Part shown: positions 1 to 9,691 of the stretch, one piece after another
Layout: every line of letters starts with the position of its first letter
How positions within the stretch are numbered: position 1 is the first letter of the stretch
NCBI GenBank assembly: GCA_964580405.1
Contig: CAZOKM010000002.1
Span: 1 to 41,582 of the forward strand
Reading direction: 5' to 3'
From: an uncultured Candidatus Bathyarchaeia archaeon
GTDB taxonomy: Archaea > Thermoproteota > Bathyarchaeia > Bathyarchaeales > DTEX01
Length of the DNA stretch: 41,582 nt
Position numbers and translations under genes: made by a program
The notes under the pieces: generated by a model
Database searches by the model: none
What the model was told of the DNA's origin: nothing
The model's input: the letters and a program-made list of their open reading frames with translations, nothing else

Positions 1-621
1 GTGGCCGACATCGGCACCCACTGGATGGACCTGGTCTGCAACATCACCGGACTGAAGATTAGCCGTGTCATGGCTGACCTGAAGACCTTCATTCCCGTGA
101 GGAAAAAGCCCAAGAACGTGGTTGAGACATTCAAGGGAAAGGAGCTCAAGCCAGGCGACTACGAGGAAATCTCCATCGAGACGGAGGACTACGCGGGTGT
201 CCTGCTCGAGTTCTCGAATGGCGGAAGGGGAGCCCTGACGGTGTCGCAGGTCGCTGCGGGCAGAAAGAACAGGCTGAGCTTCGAGATTTACGGGTCGAAG
301 AAGGCCGTCGCGTGGTCGTCCGAGACCCCCAACGAGCTGTGGATTGGGTCCAGAGATGAACCCAACGGCATCATCATCAAGGACCCATCTTTATTATCAG
401 GGAAGGCTAAGGAATACGCTTCGTACCCTGGCGGTCACGCGGAAGGCTATCCTGACACTTTCAAGCAGCTTTTCAGATGCGTATACGCTGACATCGTGGA
501 GGGGGCGAAGGGGCAGCCGCTTTACCCGACCTTTCTGGACGGTCACAACGAAGTTCTGATTTGCGAAGCCATCAAGGAGAGCGCCAAGAAAGGTACGTGG
601 ATGAGTACCAAAGTATTATAG
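1..621 (+). CDS. Gfo/Idh/MocA family oxidoreductase, C-terminal part (5' end lies outside the window)
   Basis: The ORF is open from base 1 and stops at TAG 619-621. The translation (GTHWMDL..., [28 protein letters not shown]) looks like the C-terminal alpha/beta domain of Gfo/Idh/MocA dehydrogenases. A TIM-barrel partner gene follows 42 nt downstream on the same strand. Confidence 0.7.
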   Translation: MADIGTHWMDLVCNITGLKISRVMADLKTFIPVRKKPKNVVETFKGKELKPGDYEEISIETEDYAGVLLEFSNGGRGALTVSQVAAGRKNRLSFEIYGSKKAVAWSSETPNELWIGSRDEPNGIIIKDPSLLSGKAKEYASYPGGHAEGYPDTFKQLFRCVYADIVEGAKGQPLYPTFLDGHNEVLICEAIKESAKKGTWMSTKVL

Positions 622-663
622 ACGAAAACAATCAAGAGAATAATAGACCAATAAAAAGGGTGG

Positions 664-1578
664 TTGATGATGAAAATCGGGTTCATCACGGCTTGTCTGC
701 CTGAAATGTCATTCGAAGAGTTGGTCCGCTGGGCATCTGAGAACAGGTTCGACGTGCTAGAGGTTGCCTGCTGGCCCTTTGGGCCTGCTGACCGCAGGTA
801 CGCTGGCGTGACTCACCTCGACGTTTCGAGCCTGTCGGACAAAAAAGTTAAGGAGATTGGAAAACTGCTGAAGGACTCTGGACTGGGCATATCTTCTCTC
901 GGGTATTATCCCAACTTCCTCACCCCCGAATTGAAGAGCAGAGCCTTCTACTTCGACCACCTGAAAAAAGTGATAAGCGCAGCGAGTCGCCTCGGGGTCG
1001 AGGTCGTGGGGACCTTCATCGGGAGGGACATGAACAAGAACCTGGAGGACAACCTGAAGGTTTTCGAGCAAGTCTGGCCGCCGATCGTCGAGTACGCCGA
1101 AGACCAGAACGTCAAAATAGCCATCGAAAACTGCCCGATGCAGTACCCAGAACACAGCACATGGCCAGGTGGAACCAACATAGCTTTTTCGCCTCCGGTT
1201 TGGAGGAAAATCTTCGAGCTAATCCCTAGCAAGAACCTTGGTCTCAACTACGACCCCTCCCACCTCATCTGGCAGGGCGTAGACTACGTGAAGCCAGTCA
1301 GGGAGTTCAGGGACAGGATTTTCCACACGCACGCCAAGGACACCCTCATCGAGAAGGGCCTTCTGAAGGACGTCGGCATATTCGGTCACTACTGGCACGT
1401 CGACAGGCTCCCGGGGCTCGGGGACGTGGACTGGCGCAGGTACATCGCTGCTCTCCACGAAATAGGCTACTCGGGGGCAGTCAGCATAGAGCACGAGGAC
1501 AAGAACTGGGAATCGTCCACGGAAAAGAAGAAAGAGGCTCTTCTGTTCAGCAAGAAGTACCTTGAAACATTCATGTAA
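664..1578 (+). CDS. Sugar phosphate isomerase/epimerase (xylose isomerase-like TIM barrel)
   Basis: 304-aa ORF with TTG at 664 and ATG at 667 and 670. Motifs IAIENCP, LNYDPSHL, HTHAKD and SIEHED match the metal-ligand strand ends of the xylose isomerase-like TIM-barrel family. Confidence 0.8.
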   Translation: MMMKIGFITACLPEMSFEELVRWASENRFDVLEVACWPFGPADRRYAGVTHLDVSSLSDKKVKEIGKLLKDSGLGISSLGYYPNFLTPELKSRAFYFDHLKKVISAASRLGVEVVGTFIGRDMNKNLEDNLKVFEQVWPPIVEYAEDQNVKIAIENCPMQYPEHSTWPGGTNIAFSPPVWRKIFELIPSKNLGLNYDPSHLIWQGVDYVKPVREFRDRIFHTHAKDTLIEKGLLKDVGIFGHYWHVDRLPGLGDVDWRRYIAALHEIGYSGAVSIEHEDKNWESSTEKKKEALLFSKKYLETFM

Positions 1579-1616
1579 ACCGAAAAAATAGATAGAATCT
1601 TCACTACGCGCTGTGC

Positions 1617-2333
1617 CTATTTCTTCATGACTGCGTCTCGTAGGTCCTTGGGTAACTTCTCGATCGCGTATCTGAGGGCCGTCCGAGGCATGTCCGCCTT
1701 GTTCTTCATAACGTACTCGAAAACTTCGTTTTGGTGGAAATTGCTCGCCTCCTTGAGTAACCACCCGTACCCTTTCTGGACGAGGTCGTCCTTGTCCTTT
1801 AGCAGGTTGCTGGAAATCACGAACACATTGTCCAAGAACATGCCTTTTTTGGCAGGTATAATGAGGGATACTGCTGAGGCGCGCCTGAGCCACCTGTTGT
1901 CCGATTTCGTCCAAGCCTTCAGTCCGCTTGTGCACTGCGGGAAGCTTTCGACAAGCGCGCCTACGGAGTGGTTGCAGAGGGTGTCGCACTTTGCCCAGTT
2001 GTCGACATATCTCTCGACCCATCTTTCGAACACGCTGAAGTCGTCTGCTTCGTATTGCTTCCTGAAGGAGTACGCCCACGCGAACGCGACGATGGCCTCC
2101 TCGTGGAAGCCTGACTGCAGAAGCTTTTCACAAGTGCGGAATACCTCTCCTTTGCTTTTTCCTCTAAGCTTCTCAAAGTGCTTCTTCGCGATTCTTTCTG
2201 CGTCTGGGGTCTTCACCCCATAAAATTTCACTTCCTCTTTGAAGAAGCGCTGAAAACCGTTCTTGGTTTTCTCGTCTATGATTGAGCTCAAGTCCGCCCT
2301 GATGTCGAAGATGATTCTATCTTCCATACTCAT
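1617..2333 (-). CDS. DNA alkylation repair protein (AlkC/AlkD-like HEAT-repeat family)
   Basis: 238-aa ORF. The full-length pattern (FQRFFKEEVKFYGVKTP..., DNWAKCD, NRWLRRASAVSLI, QKGYGWLLKE, RTALRYAIEKLP) is characteristic of the DNA_alkylation family. Confidence 0.75.
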   Translation of the reverse strand: MSMEDRIIFDIRADLSSIIDEKTKNGFQRFFKEEVKFYGVKTPDAERIAKKHFEKLRGKSKGEVFRTCEKLLQSGFHEEAIVAFAWAYSFRKQYEADDFSVFERWVERYVDNWAKCDTLCNHSVGALVESFPQCTSGLKAWTKSDNRWLRRASAVSLIIPAKKGMFLDNVFVISSNLLKDKDDLVQKGYGWLLKEASNFHQNEVFEYVMKNKADMPRTALRYAIEKLPKDLRDAVMKK

Positions 2334-2515
2334 GGATATTCACTGGAGGGCTATTTTTACTTCACCGTCAGTAAACTTCTGGTATGTAAACAAACGAATC
2401 CTCGTTTCTAAATTGATAATGAATAATTTGAAATAACCGAATGCCACCTTTCCATTCGCATTTTGGGGCGTAATAAACAAATATTTTATCTAGCGAGTAA
2501 CAGTAACATATTTTC

Positions 2516-3445
2516 ATGAAGTATGGTTTATTGGTCAGGAAATTTTCTTACTGGGAGATGCGCGACCAAGCCCTCTTGGCTGAAAAAAACGGTTTCGACT
2601 CGGTGCACATTGACGACCACTTCTACAGTTTCGAACCGGATTACAGGCACGATTATATAGACGCACTTGTCGTGATGTCAGCCATCGCGGCGGAAACCTC
2701 CCGAGTGAAGCTAGGGTACAGCGTGTTATGCAACTCATACAGGAACCCCGCATTACTTGCTAAAATGATTTCTTCGATAGACCACATTTCCAAAGGTCGC
2801 GCCTTGTTATGGATTGGGGCGGGATGGCGCGAAGAAGAATACAAAGCCTACGGCTATCCATTCCCGTCTGCGAAGGAGCGAGTTGACCAGTACGAGGAGG
2901 CGATAACGATTTTCAAGAGGCTCTTCACTGAGGAGGAGACTAATTTCGAGGGAAGGTTCTGGAAGCTGGAGAAATGCCTCAATTTCCCAAAGCCCATCCA
3001 GAAGCCCTATCCCCAGATTGTCGTCGGCTCCCAAGGCGCTCGGATGCAGACCATCGCGTGCCGAGAGGCAGACGGGATCAACATGTTCGAAAAGGGGGAA
3101 GACGACCTTAAAAAGAGCGTGAGTTTCATCAACGAAAAACTGATGAAATTCCGGAGAGACCCATCAAAATTCGAAATTTCGCTGCAAAGCTCCATCACCC
3201 TCGTCAGAAACGAAAAAGAAAAAGACAATGTAATCAGCGATATCCTCAAGAGAAACAGGGACGATAAATTGACGAAAGAAAAAATATTGACAGACCGATT
3301 CATAGGAACCACGGACGAAATTGGGGAAAGGATGCGGAGACTGGAGCGAATGGGTATACAGAAGCTGGTGACGCATGTTGGGGGAAGCCCGCAAATCAAA
3401 GACCCCTTGAAGCTTTTCTCTGAAGAAGTATTGACTAATCAATAA
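2516..3445 (+). CDS. LLM-class (luciferase-like) flavin/F420-dependent oxidoreductase
   Basis: 309-aa ORF starting at ATG. The N-terminal LAEKNGFDSVHIDDHF, then LGYSVLCNSYRNPALLAKMISSIDHIS.GRALLWIGAGW and QKPYPQIVVGS, are typical of luciferase-like monooxygenase family TIM barrels. Confidence 0.75.
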   Translation: MKYGLLVRKFSYWEMRDQALLAEKNGFDSVHIDDHFYSFEPDYRHDYIDALVVMSAIAAETSRVKLGYSVLCNSYRNPALLAKMISSIDHISKGRALLWIGAGWREEEYKAYGYPFPSAKERVDQYEEAITIFKRLFTEEETNFEGRFWKLEKCLNFPKPIQKPYPQIVVGSQGARMQTIACREADGINMFEKGEDDLKKSVSFINEKLMKFRRDPSKFEISLQSSITLVRNEKEKDNVISDILKRNRDDKLTKEKILTDRFIGTTDEIGERMRRLERMGIQKLVTHVGGSPQIKDPLKLFSEEVLTNQ

Positions 3446-3490
3446 GCACAATTTGGACAAGAAATAGGGGAAGAAATATTTCCCGACTAA

Positions 3491-4348
3491 TTATTTTTGG
3501 CTCTTTTTGTTAACTAAGAACACTCCTAGCAGCACGAGCGCTGAGCCGATTATCGATTCGGGGGTCAGGCTTTCTCCGAGGATGAGCCAGCCCGAGAACA
3601 TGGCGACCAGTGGAACGATGAAGCTGGAGCCCGACACGACGGTTGTGTCTTCCCTTCCGAGAAGGAAAAACCAAATTGTCCATCCAACGCACGCGCTTCC
3701 AATCGCCGTGAACAAGATTACTCCGATGTACGTCGCTGTCTGGGGGAAGATGAAGCCACCTGAAAAGATGTTTAGGGCTGCGAGGGGGAGGATGCCGAAC
3801 GCCCACTGGAAGAAGTTGGTGATGAAGGAGTCCACGTGGCTCAGAAACCGCTTATAATAAATTATTGTCACAGCCCACAGGAACGCACCAAAAATCATGA
3901 TTACTGTGGAAGTCAACGTTAAGGAGCTCGCGCTACCTACAAAGAGTAGAATCACACCGACGAACCCCACAACTGTCCCTCCAATCTTGGAAACCTTCAG
4001 ATTCTCGTTCAAAAAGGGGACGGCGAGGCAGAACACGAAAAGCGGTTGAGTGTAGGTGAGAACGGAGCCCATTCCTGAACTCTCTCCCGCAAGCCCAACG
4101 TTCGTGGTAACGACGCCGAAGGTATTGATTAAACAAAGCACTATAACTTTCCCTAATGTTTTGGTGTCGCGCGGCACCCGTTTTCGCATCACCAGAACGA
4201 ACGGGAACATGACGATTGTGGTGATGACGAATCGTTGCAGCAAAAAAGTCACAGAAGAAACGTAACCCAGCGCAATCTTGGTCGCGGGCCACCCCATCCC
4301 CCAAAGCAGCGCAAGCAGCATGAAGAGCAGCAAGTTGGTGAGTTTCAA
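3491..4348 (-). CDS. EamA/DMT-family transporter
   Basis: 285-aa ORF that is almost entirely hydrophobic, with about 10 predicted TM helices arranged as two similar halves. This is the typical drug/metabolite transporter architecture. Confidence 0.8.
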   Translation of the reverse strand: MKLTNLLLFMLLALLWGMGWPATKIALGYVSSVTFLLQRFVITTIVMFPFVLVMRKRVPRDTKTLGKVIVLCLINTFGVVTTNVGLAGESSGMGSVLTYTQPLFVFCLAVPFLNENLKVSKIGGTVVGFVGVILLFVGSASSLTLTSTVIMIFGAFLWAVTIIYYKRFLSHVDSFITNFFQWAFGILPLAALNIFSGGFIFPQTATYIGVILFTAIGSACVGWTIWFFLLGREDTTVVSGSSFIVPLVAMFSGWLILGESLTPESIIGSALVLLGVFLVNKKSQK

Positions 4349-4480
4349 GGATCCGTACGCCTTTCTCTCAATGAAGACGGGTAAAGGTATAAAAGCACTT
4401 CGAGGGGTTTAGGCCTGATTTCTTATTTCTAGCCAAAGGAATTGATTATATGATAAAATTGTATACTTTAGGATTTGCTG

Positions 4481-5947
4481 TCACTTCTGGGTTCGCGTGT
4501 GCTTGTTGCGGAGAACAATGACTGCCAGCAACAACACAATATTCAATATTAAGGAAGAAACAAAGATTGGGTCGCGGAAAACCGATCTTGTTACAACTTC
4601 AACTATTTGTTCTCTAGGTTTCTGACCCAATTCGACGTAACCTCCTCCCTGACCTTGAAACGTGACCAACAGTTCAGAAGTGTCTTGGTTGTAGGCGAAT
4701 ACCGACGTTTCGAAATTGGTGGATTTCGTGAAGTTGCCGCCCATCTTCGGCGGAATTTTAAATGTTGCTACGACGCTGCCTTCCGTGTCCAAGTACCAGT
4801 TGGTCTCCGAATAGTTAGCGTTGATGTCGTAGCTAGTTCCAGTAGGATTAATGTTGAACCTGCATGGGTAAATCCTAATCAGGGCTGAAAGCAGGCTCTC
4901 CTTTTCCTCGCCATTCGACGTGAGCAGCCCCATGGAGCCGTCGTCCCTCCAGTACGACCACCAGCAGGCACCCACTACGTACTTGTCAAAAATGCTCATG
5001 TAGTCCCTCGCCCACTCGTGCGCCTTGGTCGCCGCGGAGCCTACGCCGAATTCGCCGATAATCAAAGGCACGCCCCAAACCACTGAGAAATCATAGCTCA
5101 CCAGAAAGTCCTGTTCAAGCGTTGTAGAGTTGCCGTCGTAGCCCGTGACTCCGTCCGCGGTCCCCTCGGTGTAGAGGTGGGTGGACAACACCAAGTTGGG
5201 GTCATTAATTATCGACCAGTCGGAGACTCCGCCGCCCCAAGGCGGCTCAATCATGACGGCGTGTTTGGTATCCACCTCCCTGATGTGGTCTGCAGCACCC
5301 TGGTAGAAATTAAGCAGTCTACCCAAAAGGGACTCTTCACTCATCAGCCTGTAGTCAACGTTTGGCTCGTTGAAGATGTCGTACGCGAAAATCGTTGACT
5401 CGTTTTTATACCTATTTGCGACGTGGCGCCACATGTCGAAAAACTTGCCTTGGATTGTCGCGTTCGTAAAGAACCCGAACTTGGCTTGGTCTTGATCAGA
5501 GTACTGCTCCACAGCCCAGTCGGGGAGTCCGTTTCCCTCGAACATCGGTGCCCAGTTCCACTGGTGCATGTCGAGGATGACATAGAGCCCGTTCTCCCTG
5601 CACCACGAGATCACCGTGTCGACCGTTGCCAGGTAGCTGTCATCGTAGTGGCCTTCCTCCGGCTCAACGTAGCTCCAAGCAATCGGGAGCCTGACGACGT
5701 TGAAGCCCCAGCTCCTCATCCTCTCGAAGTTCTCCTCGGAGTGTCCGAACCAGCCGAACTCCATGCCCATGTAGTTCGCGCCCCTGAGAAGCACGTAGTT
5801 TCCGTCCTCATCGATTATCGACCTGCCGCACGCTCTTAGCCAAGGAAGCGTTTGAGCCTCAGAATTTTGGGAAGAGACGTTCAAGGTTGAACTGTTACCT
5901 AATAAAAGCAAGAGAATAATCATAGAAACTGCCCATCTCTTTAGCAA
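4481..5947 (-). CDS. Secreted glycoside hydrolase family 5 (cellulase/mannanase-like) with a C-terminal membrane anchor
   Basis: 488-aa ORF with a TTG start (alternative ATG 24 nt downstream). It has an N-terminal signal-like segment (MIILLLLLGNSS), VVRLPIAW, a FNEPN acid/base motif, an IGEFG nucleophile motif, and a C-terminal hydrophobic helix followed by basic residues (ILNIVLLLAVIVLRNKHTRTQK). Confidence 0.8.
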   Translation of the reverse strand: MLKRWAVSMIILLLLLGNSSTLNVSSQNSEAQTLPWLRACGRSIIDEDGNYVLLRGANYMGMEFGWFGHSEENFERMRSWGFNVVRLPIAWSYVEPEEGHYDDSYLATVDTVISWCRENGLYVILDMHQWNWAPMFEGNGLPDWAVEQYSDQDQAKFGFFTNATIQGKFFDMWRHVANRYKNESTIFAYDIFNEPNVDYRLMSEESLLGRLLNFYQGAADHIREVDTKHAVMIEPPWGGGVSDWSIINDPNLVLSTHLYTEGTADGVTGYDGNSTTLEQDFLVSYDFSVVWGVPLIIGEFGVGSAATKAHEWARDYMSIFDKYVVGACWWSYWRDDGSMGLLTSNGEEKESLLSALIRIYPCRFNINPTGTSYDINANYSETNWYLDTEGSVVATFKIPPKMGGNFTKSTNFETSVFAYNQDTSELLVTFQGQGGGYVELGQKPREQIVEVVTRSVFRDPIFVSSLILNIVLLLAVIVLRNKHTRTQK

Positions 5948-6060
5948 CGGTTTTACTCCGCCAAAGTATTCATTTATGGTTAATACATAATAGAATTAAA
6001 AAATTTATAGGCATTCCCGATAAATTATGTGAGACATGCTTCGCATTTATTTACGTCCAA

Positions 6061-6240
6061 TTGGACGATGAGGATGGTCGTTGGCTTCAACAGGAGGGCG
6101 CTGGGTTCTGGCGGGGACTCGGTTTCAGGAAGGAGGGCGTCCAGAGGGACAACTGCCTATGCGACGGCGAATACAGCGACTTCGTCATGATGAGCATCCT
6201 CGAAGACGAGTACAAATCTGAGAAACGGTCTCGGAAATAG
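6061..6240 (+). pseudogene. Remnant of the C-terminal end of a GNAT N-acetyltransferase (no plausible start or N-terminal domain)
   Basis: The frame-1 translation ...GFWRGLGFRKEGVQRDNCLCDGEYSDFVMMSILEDEYKS...* matches the last beta strands of RimJ/RimL-type GNATs (GF..EG..R......G.y.D...msiL..E). There is no upstream acetyl-CoA-binding region and no ATG. It sits in a 358-bp gap. Confidence 0.4.
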
Positions 6241-6305
6241 GTGAGAATAAAAAAAGAACGATTCGCGAGTTGGCGTTATTCTGGATTGTTGGCTGAAGAG
6301 TCTTT

Positions 6306-7163
6306 TTACAGCTTTTTGACTGAGCAGCCCATGTAGTAGCGTATTTCGGTAATGTTTTCAACGATTGGACTGTCTGCGAACACGTGAATCACTGGGTATC
6401 GAGGGTCGCTTATCCAGTAGTCGTCTGGGTCGCATACGGCGTCTTCCCTGAATTGGACTCCGAACTGCGCGGCGAGCGGGTTCAGGGTCTTGGCTACGCC
6501 TTGGTGCTGGCTCATTTGCCACTCTCCCATGAGTAGCAACCCTCCGCCCCTGAGGACGAAGGTCACTATTGCGGCGACTTCACTCATAAGGAATCTTCTG
6601 TTGGGCGCGTTCAGCACGAGGACGTCACAGTCGCGCAGAGTCTTCAACGTTATCTGGCCAGCATTCTCGTCAACGGCGTATCCTTCCGCGCGGAGTTTTT
6701 CCGCGAGCTTGGAGTAACCGAGCCACGGGTCCTCGGAGTTTATGTCCTCCATCTCGTTGTGAGCGGAGTCAAACAGAACACGGTGACTGCTCATCTCAGC
6801 GCCTGCTAGCCAGTCAATGATTCTTAAGCCAAGCTCGCCGTTTTCTGATTCGTTAATCAGCACGTTCGAAAGGAATCCTTCATCACCAACGGCTATGACT
6901 CGGCCTAAAAAATAGTTTACCGCAACCATGACGCATGGACTGGTTTTTTCTCCTGAGTCTTTCGCCCAATCCCCGTCCACGTCTGACCAGCTGTTCACGC
7001 CTCCCCACGCCAACTCCTTAGCAAGGTAAAAGTTCTTCGCTGGGAACCCACAGGCAGCTGCCATAGAAATTTGAGGTGATGATGCGAGTAAAAATAATAA
7101 GAGCGGAACGATGAGATAATGATCTCTCATCAAGTAAGAGCCCCATTCTTCTACTTCTATCAT
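6306..7163 (-). CDS. Secreted or membrane-tethered DUF4350-like protein (GldG N-terminal-like, class I amidotransferase-like fold)
   Basis: 285-aa ORF. The more likely start is the ATG giving MRDHYLIVPLLLFLLASS (start at 7130), which reads as a signal peptide followed by a Cys in AAAC. The core VLFDSAHNE...LGYSKLAEKLRAEGYAV...CDVLVLNAPNRRF...RGGGLLLMGEW resembles the DUF4350 pattern as I recall it. Confidence 0.55.
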   Translation of the reverse strand: MIEVEEWGSYLMRDHYLIVPLLLFLLASSPQISMAAACGFPAKNFYLAKELAWGGVNSWSDVDGDWAKDSGEKTSPCVMVAVNYFLGRVIAVGDEGFLSNVLINESENGELGLRIIDWLAGAEMSSHRVLFDSAHNEMEDINSEDPWLGYSKLAEKLRAEGYAVDENAGQITLKTLRDCDVLVLNAPNRRFLMSEVAAIVTFVLRGGGLLLMGEWQMSQHQGVAKTLNPLAAQFGVQFREDAVCDPDDYWISDPRYPVIHVFADSPIVENITEIRYYMGCSVKKL

Positions 7164-7231
7164 GTATTATAAAAGCCTTGGCACGTCTGCCTAAAAAGAT
7201 TTTTTAAAAGGTGGAGGCATAAGAATCGAGT

Positions 7232-8452
7232 ATGGTTTCCTCGGGAACGAAAATTTCAGAGAGCATCGCGGGCATGCACGTCATAGACACGCATGAACAC
7301 ACATATCCTGGCGAGCTTGTCGCTGACAAGAACCCTTCTATCGCGGACATCCTCGAAGGCTCATACGTCTTCTGGGTAGCTAAACCTCCTGCCAGAAAGG
7401 ACGACCTTAAAAGTCTGGTAAAAAACATCAAGGAAATTTCTGGAAGCACCTTTTATAAAGCGTGCAGCATCGCAGTTAAGGAAATTTATGGTGTCAGCAT
7501 TGACCCTCCCACGGAAGAGGCATTTGTAAAAGCATCCAAACGGGTGAACGAAGCATATCGGGATAAGGGCTGGGTCAGTAAAGTATTCAAAAAGTCTCTG
7601 ATCGACAGGGCACTCTGGGACCCATACTGGGACATCTGGGGAGGAAGCTTCGACCCTGAACTCTTCAAACGCGTTTTCAGAATCAACTCGCTGCTATACG
7701 GATACGATAGAGAAGCCAAGGACCATAACGGGAACAGCCCCTACGTCTTTGAGAAGCATCTGAACCTGAAGGTCGAAACCTTCGAGGACTACATGAACCT
7801 CGTTGACAAGGCTCTCGAACAAGCCAAGAGAAGAGGCGACGTTGCCCTTAAGTCCGCTTTGGCGTACGACAGGCCATTATTGTTTGATGAAGTGGAAAAG
7901 TCTATGGCAAAAAGGGTCTTCGACAAGAAGGGGGCAGACGTAACTCCTAAAGATAGCAAATTGTTCGGGGATTACGTTTTCCACCATATCCTAGAAAAGG
8001 CGGATAAGATGGGGTCTCCTGTTCAGTTTCACACGGGTTTAGCCTTGATAGAAGGCTCGAATCCGATGAACGTGGTCAACCTTGTGCGAAAATATAGCGG
8101 AGTCAACTTCATGCTTTTCCACGGCGGGTACCCCTGGATAAGGGAGACCGCGGCGATAGCTCTGAGCTTCCCAAACGTCTACATGGACCTCTGTTGGCTG
8201 CCAGCAATTTCACCGTCCGCCTGCAGGCTTCTGCTGAGGGAGGTTATCGAGCTCGGACTCTCAAGCCGCGTCACGTGGGGAGGAGACTGCTGGGCACCTG
8301 AGGGAACTTATGGCGCTTTGAAAGTCTTCAAGAGCCTTCTGTCCGAGGTTCTGCGGGAGATGGTTGACAAAAGTTATCTTAGAACCGATGAAGCCTTGGA
8401 AATAGCCTCTAAAATCCTAAGCGAAAATGCCATCCGAATCTTTAACCTATAA
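7232..8452 (+). CDS. Metal-dependent amidohydrolase-superfamily protein (Amidohydro_2-like TIM barrel)
   Basis: 406-aa ORF with GGTGGAGG about 10 nt upstream of the ATG. It has an HVIDTHEH (HxH) metal motif near the N-terminus, then QFHTG, LFHGGYPW and TWGGDCW strand-end motifs. Confidence 0.7.
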   Translation: MVSSGTKISESIAGMHVIDTHEHTYPGELVADKNPSIADILEGSYVFWVAKPPARKDDLKSLVKNIKEISGSTFYKACSIAVKEIYGVSIDPPTEEAFVKASKRVNEAYRDKGWVSKVFKKSLIDRALWDPYWDIWGGSFDPELFKRVFRINSLLYGYDREAKDHNGNSPYVFEKHLNLKVETFEDYMNLVDKALEQAKRRGDVALKSALAYDRPLLFDEVEKSMAKRVFDKKGADVTPKDSKLFGDYVFHHILEKADKMGSPVQFHTGLALIEGSNPMNVVNLVRKYSGVNFMLFHGGYPWIRETAAIALSFPNVYMDLCWLPAISPSACRLLLREVIELGLSSRVTWGGDCWAPEGTYGALKVFKSLLSEVLREMVDKSYLRTDEALEIASKILSENAIRIFNL

Positions 8453-8529
8453 TATGCATGCTTAAGAATGGCAATTTGGTTTTTATGTAATCGTGGCTTC
8501 CATTAGGGTTACAGGTTGGAGGAAAAGTT

Positions 8530-9639
8530 TTGAAATACGGCTTTCGAAACGAATTGGATTTATCAAAGATACCTAAGCAAGTTTGGGCCTTCTATCACCC
8601 CTTTTACGGTACGCCAAGCGGTCCAACTGGCTCTTGGATGGGATGGAACAGCCCACTTTCCTTTGGTCTGGGTGCGGGGCATGAAGAGAAGCTGGATCCC
8701 TCATTAATAGAAAAACTGAGGATTATTGCGCGTCATGATCCTGAACGCTTCATCGGCCCGGGAAAACGGCGGGACGTGTACTGCATCAACTACCCAGCCC
8801 TTGAGCTTTACGACACCGAGGACAAAGGCATCCTGAAGAAGCACATTGAATGGGCAGCTGAGGCAGGCATCGACGGCTTCCTCATCGACTGGTTCGCGGA
8901 GCCCGGCAAGGAGGACAAATCCCACGCTGACAAGTCCATGAGGGCGATGCTTGAACTGATTGAGAAGATGGATGTTGATCTGCGAATTTCTGTATTATAC
9001 GACGCGTATTGTTGGGGACGTTACCCTGTAGATGCCATCATCAATCAGCTGAAGTACCTATATGACACTTATCATGAGTCTGGAGGATGGGGGAGAATCG
9101 ACGGCGAATTCGCCATTTTCACTTATGCCACGTTGATGTCCCATCTACCTTCCGATTGGCTGAGGATTCGGAGTACCCTCCACGAAGATGGCTACAAGAT
9201 GGCAATAATCGCAGGCGAAGCCTTTGACGGTTACCCCAAAAAGGCGCCCGAAGTTCTCAATCCTGAATGCTGCGAACTATTCGAGGGCATACAGTACTAC
9301 AACGTTGGCGTCATAGAAGACTGGACCGAAGAAGGCATCAGAAGATGGTTTTCGCCAGCGAAGGATTATACCAAAAAGAATGGTCGGTTCCTCGCCTTGC
9401 CCGTCATGCCCGGGTTCGACGGCCGAGTGTGCCACCACCCTGGAAGAGTGGTTCCCAGACAGAAAGGCGAATTCTACAGAATGTCTTGGCGAGTCGCGAA
9501 GGAGTACAACCCAAACTGGATACTGATCTGCTCGTGGAACGAATGGGGCGAATCGACCATCATCGAACCCAGTCTGGAATACGGCAAAGAATACCTTAAA
9601 TTGACAAGAGAGCTTGCTAGCAATTTCAAGAAACCCTAG
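8530..9639 (+). CDS. Glycoside hydrolase family 99-like protein, no signal peptide
   Basis: 369-aa ORF with a TTG start preceded by GGAGG at 8518-8522. VWAFYHPFYGTP...W.GWN, INYPALELYDTEDKGILKKHIEWAAEAGIDGFLIDWF and ICSWNEWGESTIIEPS follow the GH99 (endo-alpha-mannosidase family) pattern. Confidence 0.55.
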   Translation: MKYGFRNELDLSKIPKQVWAFYHPFYGTPSGPTGSWMGWNSPLSFGLGAGHEEKLDPSLIEKLRIIARHDPERFIGPGKRRDVYCINYPALELYDTEDKGILKKHIEWAAEAGIDGFLIDWFAEPGKEDKSHADKSMRAMLELIEKMDVDLRISVLYDAYCWGRYPVDAIINQLKYLYDTYHESGGWGRIDGEFAIFTYATLMSHLPSDWLRIRSTLHEDGYKMAIIAGEAFDGYPKKAPEVLNPECCELFEGIQYYNVGVIEDWTEEGIRRWFSPAKDYTKKNGRFLALPVMPGFDGRVCHHPGRVVPRQKGEFYRMSWRVAKEYNPNWILICSWNEWGESTIIEPSLEYGKEYLKLTRELASNFKKP

Positions 9640-9691
9640 TCCACCCTGAATGTAACCATTCATTTTATTTTAACTATTTTTTCATTTTTTT

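Noticed and set aside
1219-2079. 286-aa ORF spanning the end of the TIM-barrel gene and the DNA alkylation repair gene
   Set aside because: The translation is Arg/Pro/Gln-rich with no recognisable motifs. It overlaps two well-supported genes on opposite strands.
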